Part shown: positions 11,100 to 19,976 of the stretch, piece by piece | Layout: every line of letters starts with the position of its first letter | How positions within the stretch are numbered: position 1 is the first letter of the stretch | Assembly (NCBI GenBank): GCA_038218255.1 | Contig: JBBRKD010000001.1 | Coordinates: 1-52,436 of the forward strand | Length of the DNA: 52,436 nt | DNA from: Hyphomicrobiales bacterium | GTDB lineage: Bacteria; Pseudomonadota; Alphaproteobacteria; Rhizobiales; Hyphomicrobiaceae | Reading direction: 5' to 3' | Position numbers and translations under genes: made by a program | The notes under the pieces: generated by a model | What the model saw: only the letters and a program-made list of their open reading frames with translations | Database searches by the model: none | Told to the model about the DNA's origin: nothing

Positions 11100-13376
11100 G
11101 TGCGTCACAACTCGATTTCACAGTATCGGCGTCAGTATTGGCTGGCCAGCGCTGCGGTCGTAGCCGCAATGGCACCCGCGTCCGTCATGGCTCAAGATCA
11201 GGCGCAGGCAGATCAATCACAGGTTACCGACATCGTCGTCACGGCTGAGCGGCGCGAGACGCGCCTTCAGGATACGCCAATCTCGATTACTGCCCTGAGC
11301 GCGGGAGCGCTCGAGGCGCAGGGCGTAAAGACCGTGAACGATCTTGCAGCAACTGTTCCCAACCTGACATCGACCACCGGGCCACAGGGCTCGGGCGATG
11401 CCAATTTCTTCGTTCGCGGGGTCGGTCAGTTTGATTTCATCATCACCAACGATCCGGGCGTCGGCGTATATGTCGACGGTGTTTACTTAGGGCGCACCGT
11501 TGGCGCGATGCTTGATTCAGGCGATATCGGCCGGGTCGAAGTGCTGCGCGGGCCACAGGGAACGCTTTTCGGCCGTAACACGCTGGGCGGCGCGATCAGC
11601 ATCACGAGCAAGCAACCCGAAGCTGGCAAATTCGGAGCGACCTTACGCGGCACCTATGGTAGCCGTGACCGGATCGATGTCGATGGTAGCATTAACCTCG
11701 GGCTGGGCGGGGAGAATGCGTTGCGCGTATCTGCCTTCACGCGCAATCAGGACGGCTTTGCGACCAATCCATTGAACGGCGTTAAGTTCGGCAAGACCAA
11801 GCGCTGGGGTGCAAGAGCGCAACTGCATTTCGAGCCAACTGAAACCATCAAAATTGATTTGTCGGGCGATTATGGCCTCGACAAATCAAACCCGGCACCT
11901 AGCGTACTCCGTGCGATCGCGCCCGCACCATTCTTCCCGGCAGATGCCGGCAATGACCGCTCGACTGACTTTTACACCGTTTTCGGGTCGAACAGTCCTG
12001 AAGCGCGCAACAGGACATATGGCGTTTCGGGCATCGTCTCGATCGATGTTGGCGATGCCACACTGAAATCGATCACCGCATATCGCGATCTAGATGCGTT
12101 TTCGACGTCGGATCCGGACGGCACCGGATACCGGCTCTATGATCAGACAACGCCGACGATGCAGCAACAGTTTAGCCAGGAACTGCAGATTTCTGGCGAT
12201 GCGCTGGATAAGCGGTTGAGCTATTTGCTCGGCGGTTATTATTTCAACGAGAAAGCGCGACAGCGGCTCGACTTGTGCTTTGCGCCGCTAACCCCGACGC
12301 CGACAGCGCGGTTCAACACGTGCAATACCTGGCAACAAGGCAATGACCAAAAGACCGAGAGCTATGCAATTTTCGGGCAGACGCGCTTCAAGTTCGCCGA
12401 CGTTTTCTCGGTGACTCTTGGCGGACGTTACACGTGGGAAACCAAAAAGATCATTTCCAACCAAAGCTTTGATTTCCGCGGCGCCGGAGTCGGCTTCGGC
12501 GCGATCTCCCCGCCACCTTTCGGGTTCGGGTTGCCGCTAACGCTTGGCGCTCGCGTCGTCTTCCCGATCGTCAAAGACTTGCCGGGCAAGCTGAGCTTCC
12601 AGAAGTTCACACCAAAAATTGGTGTCGAGTTCACACCCAGCCGCGATGTCCTGATTTTCGCGTCTTATGCCAAAGGCTTCCGCTCGGGTGGTTTCAACGG
12701 GCGCTTGATTGCGCCTCAGGCGACCGTGCCGACTTATTCGCCTGATACGAACGATTCTTACGAAATCGGCATCAAGGCCGATGCGCTCGATCGGGCGTTG
12801 CGTGTCAATGTCACCGGCTTCTATTCGAAATATAAGGGCATTCAGCAAACGATTTCCGACCCTGCTGTGCAGTTCCGCGTTGCAAACGCGGGCAACGCCA
12901 CCCTGTACGGCTTCGAAGCCGAAATTACTGCAGTGCCCACGAAGGGTTTGCGCTTCAATGCCGGGATTGGCTATACTTCCAGCAAGTTCGAGGATGTTCC
13001 TGCTGCCGTTGGGCCGATCAACGGCAACCGCTTACCTTTCAGCCCCGAGTGGACGATCGCCACTGGACTGGAATATGAAATTGCAGCAGGTAATTTCACA
13101 ATCACACCACGCGTCGATTATCGCTATCAAAGCACGGTCTTCTTCACTGCGTTCAATTCTCCGCTCGAAAAGCAGTCTGGATACGGCCTTCTGTCCGCGC
13201 GGTTGACACTCGCCAGCGCCGATAAGGGGCGGTATTCGATCGCCGTCTACGCGGACAACCTGACGCAGGAACGTTATTATACGTTTGGTCAGGATGCGCT
13301 TGCCGCGCAAGGCGTTGCCTATAGTTATATTGGCCGTCCACGCGAGTATGGCATAACCGCGGGCATCAAGTTCTAA
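11100..13376 (+). CDS. TonB-dependent receptor
   Basis: 758 aa with a GTG start after GGGGAGAAG and a signal peptide ending VMAQDQ. The TonB box/plug reads TDIVVTAERRE...VEVLRGPQGTLFGRNTLGGAI. The C-terminus ends in a terminal aromatic residue (...GIKF). Confidence 0.9.
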   Translation: MRHNSISQYRRQYWLASAAVVAAMAPASVMAQDQAQADQSQVTDIVVTAERRETRLQDTPISITALSAGALEAQGVKTVNDLAATVPNLTSTTGPQGSGDANFFVRGVGQFDFIITNDPGVGVYVDGVYLGRTVGAMLDSGDIGRVEVLRGPQGTLFGRNTLGGAISITSKQPEAGKFGATLRGTYGSRDRIDVDGSINLGLGGENALRVSAFTRNQDGFATNPLNGVKFGKTKRWGARAQLHFEPTETIKIDLSGDYGLDKSNPAPSVLRAIAPAPFFPADAGNDRSTDFYTVFGSNSPEARNRTYGVSGIVSIDVGDATLKSITAYRDLDAFSTSDPDGTGYRLYDQTTPTMQQQFSQELQISGDALDKRLSYLLGGYYFNEKARQRLDLCFAPLTPTPTARFNTCNTWQQGNDQKTESYAIFGQTRFKFADVFSVTLGGRYTWETKKIISNQSFDFRGAGVGFGAISPPPFGFGLPLTLGARVVFPIVKDLPGKLSFQKFTPKIGVEFTPSRDVLIFASYAKGFRSGGFNGRLIAPQATVPTYSPDTNDSYEIGIKADALDRALRVNVTGFYSKYKGIQQTISDPAVQFRVANAGNATLYGFEAEITAVPTKGLRFNAGIGYTSSKFEDVPAAVGPINGNRLPFSPEWTIATGLEYEIAAGNFTITPRVDYRYQSTVFFTAFNSPLEKQSGYGLLSARLTLASADKGRYSIAVYADNLTQERYYTFGQDALAAQGVAYSYIGRPREYGITAGIKF

Positions 13377-13384
13377 CGGGGGAT

Positions 13385-13429
13385 GGCACCCTTTCCGTCG
13401 CCGGGGGTAGTTTCGACGGGAAGGGTGTC
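13385..13429. terminator. Imperfect hairpin between convergent genes (possible bidirectional terminator)
   Basis: GGCACCCTTTCCGTCG (13385-13400) pairs with CGACGGGAAGGGTGTC (13414-13429) with 2 mismatches and a 13-nt loop. There is no clear U-tract. It lies between the TonB-dependent receptor stop (13376) and the SDR stop (13445). Confidence 0.35.
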
Positions 13430-13444
13430 ATGATGGGTTGGTCG

Positions 13445-14197
13445 CTATGCTGCCGACAGGCCCCCATCGACGGCTAGGCAGTGGCCCGTAACAAAACTAG
13501 CGCAATCGCTGAGCAGCCATGCTGCCGCTTCGGCAACTTCATGTGGCTGACCCAACCGACCGAGCGGATGCGCCGCTGCCGCAACATCGGCCAAGCCGGG
13601 ATTTGCAATGAAGCCGCGTTCGGTCAGCATCGGCGTTTCAATCGCACCCGGCAGAACTGCATTTACGCGGATTGACTGACGGGCATAATCGAGCGCGGCA
13701 GTTCGCGTCAGCCCGACCACCGCGTGTTTCGAGGCGACATAGGCCGCCATGCCCGATGCTCCGAGCCATCCCATGACCGAGGCCGTGTTGACGATTGCCC
13801 CGCCCCCGGTTGCCAGCATCGCCGGAATTTCTGCGCGTAGACAATTCCACAAGCCGCGCACGTTGACTCGCATGACATCGTCGAACGCATCTTCGGGATA
13901 ATCTGCGGTGGCATAAAACTGGCCGCCGGCACCTTCAATGCCAGCATTATTGAAAGCGCCGTCGAGACGACCGTAATGTCTGATTGCGGTGGCGACGGCA
14001 TCGACGACGGCCGTGCTATCGGCAATGTCACAAATGACCCGTGCCGCGCCACCGAGTTCGCCGGCAACCTCGGCCAAGCGTTCGCCGTCCCGGTCGATCA
14101 GTGTCAGTCGCGCGCCATAACCGCCGAACACCGCCGCCGCTGCACGCCCAATGCCGCTCGCAGCGCCGGTGATGAGCAATGATTTGCCATCAAGCAT
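13445..14197 (-). CDS. Short-chain dehydrogenase/reductase
   Basis: Carries TGAASGIGRAAA, NNAGIEG, YVASKHAVVGLTR and a PGAIETPM tail. I trimmed the start to ATG 14197 (MLDGKSLLITG), 4 nt after the amidohydrolase stop. Confidence 0.85.
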   Translation of the reverse strand: MLDGKSLLITGAASGIGRAAAAVFGGYGARLTLIDRDGERLAEVAGELGGAARVICDIADSTAVVDAVATAIRHYGRLDGAFNNAGIEGAGGQFYATADYPEDAFDDVMRVNVRGLWNCLRAEIPAMLATGGGAIVNTASVMGWLGASGMAAYVASKHAVVGLTRTAALDYARQSIRVNAVLPGAIETPMLTERGFIANPGLADVAAAAHPLGRLGQPHEVAEAAAWLLSDCASFVTGHCLAVDGGLSAA

Positions 14198-14201
14198 TGC
14201 A

Positions 14202-15704
14202 TCATTCCCTGTTGGCATAGCCGTAGCGCATGTTGCTCGGTCCGCCGCCCCGCGCATGCCAAGCAGCGGTCACTGCGTCGAGATGCGCAGTCTCGAGCCC
14301 AGGCTTTTCATAATCTTTCGGGTTGAGCGCATAGAGCGGCGCGGCGTTGAGGCCGAGCATCCCGGCCTTGAAATGGCCGGTTGCCTCGCCAAGATCGGGC
14401 AGGCCGAATCGGTCCATGAGGTCATCGGGCATTTGCAAGCGCCGCAATGCCTCAATCTGCCACTGCGGGCTCCCATACCAAACGGAATCAGTGCCCCAGA
14501 AAACCTTTTCCGGGCCTAATCCTTTCGCAAGAATACCGATCATCGCGGCCGCCAATCGGGGATGCGTGAGCACGGTGAACGCGAAGCTCGCGGCCGTATC
14601 GGCGTAAATATTGGAAACGCCGTATTTTGCAGGGATTTCGGCAAGGTCGCTCACCCAGTCGATCCGTCCCGTTGCTTCGAACCGGTCGAGTTCGGCAATC
14701 GTCGGTTGTGGGATTGTGCGATAGGCTGCGTGATAGATGATGAAATTGATCTGCGGCCAGTCCTGGGCAGCGCGTGCGAGATCGTCGATTCGCGCAAACG
14801 GCTCAGCGCCGGGCATCAGGCCATCCGAATCCTCAGGAAGCAGCCCCTTGTGAATGGCGAAGTTCGTAACGCCCGCTTTCACAAGCTTTTCGTAAGCCGG
14901 GTACATCAGCTTATCATCGTCGAGCCGCCAGCGCCGATGGCTTGGCTGAAACGGTTCGCCGACGGTGTAGCCCTTCCAGCCATCGGGCTTGATCACCTCA
15001 TGCACCCGGTCGATTTCGTCGAGCCAGCCATCATGGCCGGGCGTCATTACCGCGTGCGTCAGTAACCGACGACCCTTTGCGATACTGTTCACCGCATCGC
15101 GGGCGGCGGCCATCATATCGTTCGACAGCATCATGCCCGCATCATCTTCGGATGGCGCGCCAGATAGCAGGGCGACTTTTGTATCGCTTGCCAAATAAAT
15201 GTCGGTCACGAACTGTGCGAATTTAATGTGTTCCACCGTAAACTTTCCGCCCCCCAGCGGTAATCCGAGCAGGTCAGCCGAAATTTCGATAAGGCCAGTC
15301 AACGAGTGGAACAGCTCAGGATCAGCATCGTCCTTCAAGAAATGAACCTGATCATCGAACACGAACTGCGTGCTGAGGTCCCCGCGAATGGCGGCTGCAA
15401 CGTTGGGGTCCTCGGCTTCATCCCGAGCGATGGCAAAACTATCACCGAATGTTGCGTTAAGCGTGGCAAAGGCATGCGCCATCGCTTGCGGGGTGCGTAA
15501 ATAAGCAGCAGTCGTAAGCCCCCGCTGACGAGCAACATCATCACTTCCCGATAGAAAGTCAGACTCATAGGCTTTCAACAGTGCGCTCTGCGCCGGTGGC
15601 GTAAATTCACCGTTCGATACGATCCGGCTCGGCACGGGCAACGCCGGCAGCCGCTCTGCGGGCATCAGCTTTGCACGTGTGCCGGGCGTTAATAACATAG
15701 GCAT
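14202..15704 (-). CDS. Amidohydrolase-superfamily (TIM-barrel metal hydrolase/decarboxylase-like) protein, long form
   Basis: ~500 aa, with FVFDDQVHF near the barrel start, NFAIHKG, IIYHAAY and KVFWGTDSVWYG...MLGLNAAPLY at the C-terminus. I trimmed the start to ATG 15704, with GGAGG 8 nt upstream. The specific reaction is unknown. Confidence 0.7.
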   Translation of the reverse strand: MPMLLTPGTRAKLMPAERLPALPVPSRIVSNGEFTPPAQSALLKAYESDFLSGSDDVARQRGLTTAAYLRTPQAMAHAFATLNATFGDSFAIARDEAEDPNVAAAIRGDLSTQFVFDDQVHFLKDDADPELFHSLTGLIEISADLLGLPLGGGKFTVEHIKFAQFVTDIYLASDTKVALLSGAPSEDDAGMMLSNDMMAAARDAVNSIAKGRRLLTHAVMTPGHDGWLDEIDRVHEVIKPDGWKGYTVGEPFQPSHRRWRLDDDKLMYPAYEKLVKAGVTNFAIHKGLLPEDSDGLMPGAEPFARIDDLARAAQDWPQINFIIYHAAYRTIPQPTIAELDRFEATGRIDWVSDLAEIPAKYGVSNIYADTAASFAFTVLTHPRLAAAMIGILAKGLGPEKVFWGTDSVWYGSPQWQIEALRRLQMPDDLMDRFGLPDLGEATGHFKAGMLGLNAAPLYALNPKDYEKPGLETAHLDAVTAAWHARGGGPSNMRYGYANRE

Positions 15705-15830
15705 TTGGCGCACCTCCCCTACTATAGTGCGACGCGACGCTGCGGCGCCGTCATGAATAGCGGGCATTGGGCGATAACCGATGCGGGTGTGACCCGTGAC
15801 GCTGACAAATTATGCGCGTAGCCTGCGTTC

Positions 15831-16670
15831 ATGAAGGCGCTCATTCTTGGTGGCACTGGTCGGGTCGGGACGCATATTGTCGCTAATTTGCGTGCCTGCG
15901 GTCATGATGCGCGAAGCGCTGCGCGGTCAGGCGGCGATGTAATGCTGGACATGCGCAACGCGCAAAGCGTAATTCAAGCAGCCGACGGCTTCGACGCCGC
16001 GTTCTTTATCACGCCACTTGGCCCCGATGAAAGTGACGTCGGTGTGGCGATCGCTCAGTCCTTGCTTGCGGCGGGGGTCGGCAAGATCGGCTATCTAGCC
16101 ATCCACAACCTCGACGCAATGCGCGCGATCCCGCATTTTGAAACCAAGATTCCAGTTCGCGATGCCGTGCTCGCGACGCCGCATAGTGTGGTTGTCGCGC
16201 CAAATTTCTTTTTCCAGAACGACCTCATGGTCCTCCCCGCGATCATGCATGGTGGCATTTACCCGTTGCCGGTTGGCATCACCGGTATGTTCAGCATCGA
16301 TGTCGCGGATATCGGGTGGGCGGCGGCGCGCGCGCTGATGCACGACGATTGGGACGGCACTGTGGTGCCGGTGTGTGGCATGGATCAACTGACGGGTCCG
16401 GGCATGGCAGAAACCTGGGCCCAGGCACTCGGCAGACCAGTCACCTATCCCGGCGATGATATAAATCCATTTATCGCGATGTTGGGGCAGGTAATCCCGA
16501 ATTTCGGCGATTGGGAACGCGAGGATTTCACGAAGATGATGGCGGTAACCCAGGCGCTCGGGTGCCTTGCGACCGATGCGGACCTCGCTCTGTCGCGCGC
16601 GGTCCTTGGTCGCGAACCGCGTCGCTATACTGATTTCGTCTCAAGCATTGTTGCAGGAGAACACAATTGA
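15831..16670 (+). CDS. NmrA-like NAD(P)-binding protein (atypical SDR)
   Basis: 279 aa with the N-terminal MKALILGGTGRVGTHIV Rossmann motif. Length and layout fit the NmrA/isoflavone reductase-like family. Confidence 0.75.
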   Translation: MKALILGGTGRVGTHIVANLRACGHDARSAARSGGDVMLDMRNAQSVIQAADGFDAAFFITPLGPDESDVGVAIAQSLLAAGVGKIGYLAIHNLDAMRAIPHFETKIPVRDAVLATPHSVVVAPNFFFQNDLMVLPAIMHGGIYPLPVGITGMFSIDVADIGWAAARALMHDDWDGTVVPVCGMDQLTGPGMAETWAQALGRPVTYPGDDINPFIAMLGQVIPNFGDWEREDFTKMMAVTQALGCLATDADLALSRAVLGREPRRYTDFVSSIVAGEHN

Positions 16671-17095
16671 AACCAATGTACACAGCCGTAGCGACTGCCC
16701 AAGGCGGCCGGAGTGGCCATGCCCGATCCGACGATGGCGTTCTCGAAGTAACGCTTGCGACACCCAAGGCCATGGGCGGTTCTGGCGCGGTCGGAACCAA
16801 TCCTGAACAGCTTTTCGCGGCTGGCTATGCCGCGTGTTTTCAAAGCGCGATGATGTTTGTGGCGGGCCAGAAGAAACTCGATACGGCTGGCTGCAAAGTT
16901 ACCGCCCATGTTTCGATTGGCATGCGGGAGGATGGGCCTGGCTTTGGCCTCGCCGTGATGCACGATGTCGACCTGCCGCAACTATCGCAAGGCGACGCCG
17001 AAACACTGGTGCATGAGGCGCACCAAGTTTGTCCCTATTCGAACGCGACGCGCAACAATATCGATGTTCAATTTGCCGTGAGAGGTGCCCAATGA
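16667..17095 (+). CDS. ohr: Organic hydroperoxide resistance protein (Ohr, OsmC family)
   Basis: YTAVATAQGGRSG, TNPEQLFAAGYAACF (first Cys) and AHQVCPYSNATRNNIDV (second Cys) closely match known Ohr proteins. The TTG start at 16667 overlaps the NmrA stop. ATG 16676 is an alternative start. Confidence 0.88.
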   Translation: MKPMYTAVATAQGGRSGHARSDDGVLEVTLATPKAMGGSGAVGTNPEQLFAAGYAACFQSAMMFVAGQKKLDTAGCKVTAHVSIGMREDGPGFGLAVMHDVDLPQLSQGDAETLVHEAHQVCPYSNATRNNIDVQFAVRGAQ

Positions 17096-17562
17096 CCGGA
17101 TATACCGAAGCGCTGGTAAGGGGCGATGATGCGCCGGTTATGCGTCCGTTGACCGAAGCCGATCATCCCAACGCTCATGCGCTTTATGCGGCGCACAAGG
17201 CCTTTCAAACCGGCGATGTCGAGGCGCTGTTCGCAAAGATGGCTGATGATGTCGTCTGGCACATGCCCGGTAATAATGTGCTGGCAGGCAGCTACCACGG
17301 CCGTGACGAGATCATGCGCAATTTCGGAATGCTGCAAGCTGCAGTTGACAGCTATTGGGCGCATCCGCTCGATTATTTCGGCAGCGACAACCACGTTGTG
17401 CTTGTGGCCGAAGTGCGCGCGACCAAAGGCGACAAGACCCTGCTGACCAAGGAAGCTATGACGTGGCGCGTTGAGGGCGGCAAGCTGAAGGAATGCTGGC
17501 ATCTGTGCGTCGAACCCGAAAAATGGGACGCTTTTTTCAGCACAGCTGACGAGACGAAATAG
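17092..17562 (+). CDS. SnoaL-like / NTF2-fold protein
   Basis: 156 aa. ATG 17092 overlaps the Ohr stop (ATGA). DDVVWHMPGNNVLAGSYHGRDEI...DNHVVLVAEVRATKGDK...WRVEGGKLKECW fits the SnoaL_2-type pattern. Confidence 0.7.
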   Translation: MTGYTEALVRGDDAPVMRPLTEADHPNAHALYAAHKAFQTGDVEALFAKMADDVVWHMPGNNVLAGSYHGRDEIMRNFGMLQAAVDSYWAHPLDYFGSDNHVVLVAEVRATKGDKTLLTKEAMTWRVEGGKLKECWHLCVEPEKWDAFFSTADETK

Positions 17563-17716
17563 CAAAGCGATTTCGCACGTCAGCAAGCGCGGCCGACGGG
17601 CGCCCCAGCGACCCGTTCGACGTCCAGCGCGGGCTTTGCCCGTGCTGGTCTCTCGTCTGCCGACGACGACATTCCGGTCGTTCCAACAGTCGATGCCCCA
17701 CGCCTTTACTTGCCAT

Positions 17717-18148
17717 TCAGAAAGGCAGCGCGGCAATGTCAGGTTCCATCCATGTTCGCCGAGCGTGCACACTGAAGAGTGTTTCGCGACGCCAGTAGGA
17801 CAAAAGCCAGCCGGTGTTACCCTGCGGCGATGCCATCAGATGCTCGAGCACGACATGAATCGGAACATCATTAGAATGTCTAGTGAGATGAAAAACCGCC
17901 GCACGTAGTGATGCGATTGTGATCGTGTGATGATATCCGCTAGTATCGGTGTTCGCGGTGTGGGTCGCCTCGTTGTAACGAATAACGATCCGTTTGAACT
18001 CTGCCGGTTTCACCAGATTGGCCCGATGACGCGATAGCCAAAGCGCCGCGGCAAAGTGCCCAGCATGGGTCCACTCGGTCTTCGGTAAGGTTCGATCAAT
18101 TAGCCGCGACGTGTGCCGTTCGACAGAGATGTCGCTTGAAAATGTCAT
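17717..18148 (-). CDS. Conserved-looking hypothetical protein, no assignable family
   Basis: 143 aa from ATG 18148, with AAGGA 8 nt upstream. It is His/Trp-rich (TEWTHAGHFAAALWL, GYHHTITIASL, WLLSYWRRETLFSVHARRTWMEPD). It is monocistronic and flanked by non-coding DNA on both sides. Confidence 0.55.
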   Translation of the reverse strand: MTFSSDISVERHTSRLIDRTLPKTEWTHAGHFAAALWLSRHRANLVKPAEFKRIVIRYNEATHTANTDTSGYHHTITIASLRAAVFHLTRHSNDVPIHVVLEHLMASPQGNTGWLLSYWRRETLFSVHARRTWMEPDIAALPF

Positions 18149-18184
18149 TGCCAATGTCCTTTTCTATAAAGGCCCAATCGGCAT

Positions 18185-18209
18185 AAAAAACCCCGCCAAT
18201 TGGGCGGGG
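18185..18209 (-). terminator. Rho-independent terminator for the minus-strand amidohydrolase_2/DUF59 operon
   Basis: Read on the minus strand, a CCCCGCC stem, short loop and GGCGGGG are followed by TTTTTT. On the plus strand this is AAAAAACCCCGCCAATTGGGCGGGG. Confidence 0.75.
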
Positions 18210-18426
18210 TGGTGAGATGAAAGCTGTCCCGAGCCTGACCTACCGGCTCCAAACTTTCATAAAGCGCACGATTACCGCCGAGATATTACGGCGTTGTTGT
18301 TGAAAAATACGATCACGAGTTCGCATCGCATTAACGTGGCAGCATGTGACTTACTTTGCAACCTACGTGTCTCCTTTTCGTGCTGATTCTACAAAACCCG
18401 CCTGTCCGGAATCCACAACAAACCGG

Positions 18427-18771
18427 CTATTCCCGCCCCCGCCACGCCTGCGGTGTTCCACGCATCTTCGCGTCCGCCCCGGCCAGCCGGTCCGGCCCCC
18501 ATACAAATGCGGTATCGACCACCACCTCCACCCGCTTCACGCCCTTCAGCTTCGCCAGTTCCACCCGCGCTGCCTCGGTAAAATGCGGGGCCATCGTGCA
18601 GCCTGCGAATGTCACGCAGAAGGTGACCGACAGCGTGCCGCGCTCGAACGTCCAGCCCGTCAATAGCCCCATATCGACGAGCGAGGTTGGGCGACCCGCG
18701 GCGATGCTGCACGGATCGTGGACGCCCGCAAGCGCCGCGCGAATAGCATCGTCGGTTACTGCGCCGTCCAT
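18427..18771 (-). CDS. DUF59 / PaaD-like metal-sulfur cluster assembly-type small protein
   Basis: IRAALAGVHDPCSIAAGRPTSLVDMGLL...VTFCVTFAGCTMAPHF...VKRVEVVVD fits the DUF59 pattern, including its conserved Cys. I trimmed the start to ATG 18771, which overlaps the upstream gene by 16 nt. Confidence 0.7.
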   Translation of the reverse strand: MDGAVTDDAIRAALAGVHDPCSIAAGRPTSLVDMGLLTGWTFERGTLSVTFCVTFAGCTMAPHFTEAARVELAKLKGVKRVEVVVDTAFVWGPDRLAGADAKMRGTPQAWRGRE

Positions 18772-19835
18772 ACCGACCACGGTTTCTGCAACTCCACACC
18801 GTCGAACGCGTCGCCCTGTTGCTTTTGACGCCATTCGCCCACATCGAGGCCGATCATCCGCGCGTAGTTGCCGCCCAGGATCATCCGCTTCACCTGATCG
18901 TCGATTGGCGGGATGCCGTGCCGCGCTTGTGTGTCTGCCGAAAATTCAAAAGCCCAGAATAATTCGAGCAGATGCTGCGGATGAACGACGGTGCAACCTG
19001 TAGACCACAGGATCTTTTCTGGCCCACCCCATTGCATGAGCAGCGCAAGCGCTGCCTCGAACCGGCCGGGGGCCTGCCACAGCATCGCGGTTGTCGTTTC
19101 CAGATTGGCATAGACATTAGGAAAGCGCCCAATTGCCATCGCGGTTTCTTCGATAAACGCCATGCCCGAATGCACGATTTCAAATGCCATATCGGGAAAA
19201 GCGTCAGCCGCTTGTTCGAAATCCTCGCCGATTCGGTAGGGCGCGAGTGGAACCGATCCATTCGGTAACGCCTTGTGGATAGCGATTGTTTTAAGTCCCA
19301 GTGTCTGCGCGCGTTCAATCAGCCGCATCACCGTATCGTCATTGGCGAGCCAGCGGCGATACGGGTCCATCTGATGCGGATAGAGCTTGACGCCCACGGC
19401 ATTGGGCGTCGCCGCGGCTTGGCGCTCAAGATCCTCGATTACCATATTTACGTCCTGCGTAGGATCGAGCCCGACATAGCCCAACACCCGCGTCGGCCAG
19501 CGCGTCGTCATTTCCACCGTTTTCCATTCGGCGGCAAAGCCATCCTTGAACCAGCTGTCGAGCCTAAGGGTATGTGTCGCGACGAGGCTCGTCTGGCTTT
19601 CGTCGAACATTGTGCGGACGAGCGCTTCGGGTCTCATATCGGTCATATAAGTAGCTTGCGGGCACAGCGCATGCGGCGGGCTAAGCATCGCGTGCAACCC
19701 ATAGGACATTATGTGCAGCTGCGCGCCGTATTTTGACGCCACATTGTCTTCCGACAAATTAAGTGCGTGGACCACGGGGTCGATGACAAACACATCATCG
19801 GGTAGGGAACGCAATCCATCGAGCGATGCAGACAT
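18756..19835 (-). CDS. Amidohydrolase_2-type TIM-barrel protein (ACMSD/LigW-like decarboxylase or hydratase family)
   Basis: 359 aa with ATG 6 nt after AAGGAG. It carries VIDPVVHALN, VKLYPH, IAIHKA, EIVHSGMAF and KILWSTGC...ILGGNYARMIGL. It is a shorter paralogue of 14202-15704. Confidence 0.7.
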   Translation of the reverse strand: MSASLDGLRSLPDDVFVIDPVVHALNLSEDNVASKYGAQLHIMSYGLHAMLSPPHALCPQATYMTDMRPEALVRTMFDESQTSLVATHTLRLDSWFKDGFAAEWKTVEMTTRWPTRVLGYVGLDPTQDVNMVIEDLERQAAATPNAVGVKLYPHQMDPYRRWLANDDTVMRLIERAQTLGLKTIAIHKALPNGSVPLAPYRIGEDFEQAADAFPDMAFEIVHSGMAFIEETAMAIGRFPNVYANLETTTAMLWQAPGRFEAALALLMQWGGPEKILWSTGCTVVHPQHLLELFWAFEFSADTQARHGIPPIDDQVKRMILGGNYARMIGLDVGEWRQKQQGDAFDGVELQKPWSVWTAQ

Positions 19836-19976
19836 TCTGGTCTCCTTGTTCGTTGATTATGCCGCAATTGTGCGCGGTTACCACGGCGTCGCAAGCAGGG
19901 GGGCATAACCACTATTCATGCGCAACGTGTTCGCTGTGCAGTTTTACCGACGGCCGGTGCGCGTAGCGTTGGTCTT

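Noticed and set aside
19836-19976. Possible repeated ATGC(C)GCAA..GTG motif in the amidohydrolase/Rieske divergent promoter as a LysR box
   Set aside because: There are only two loose copies, with indels, and no clean T-N11-A dyad. The motif cannot be distinguished from chance by eye.
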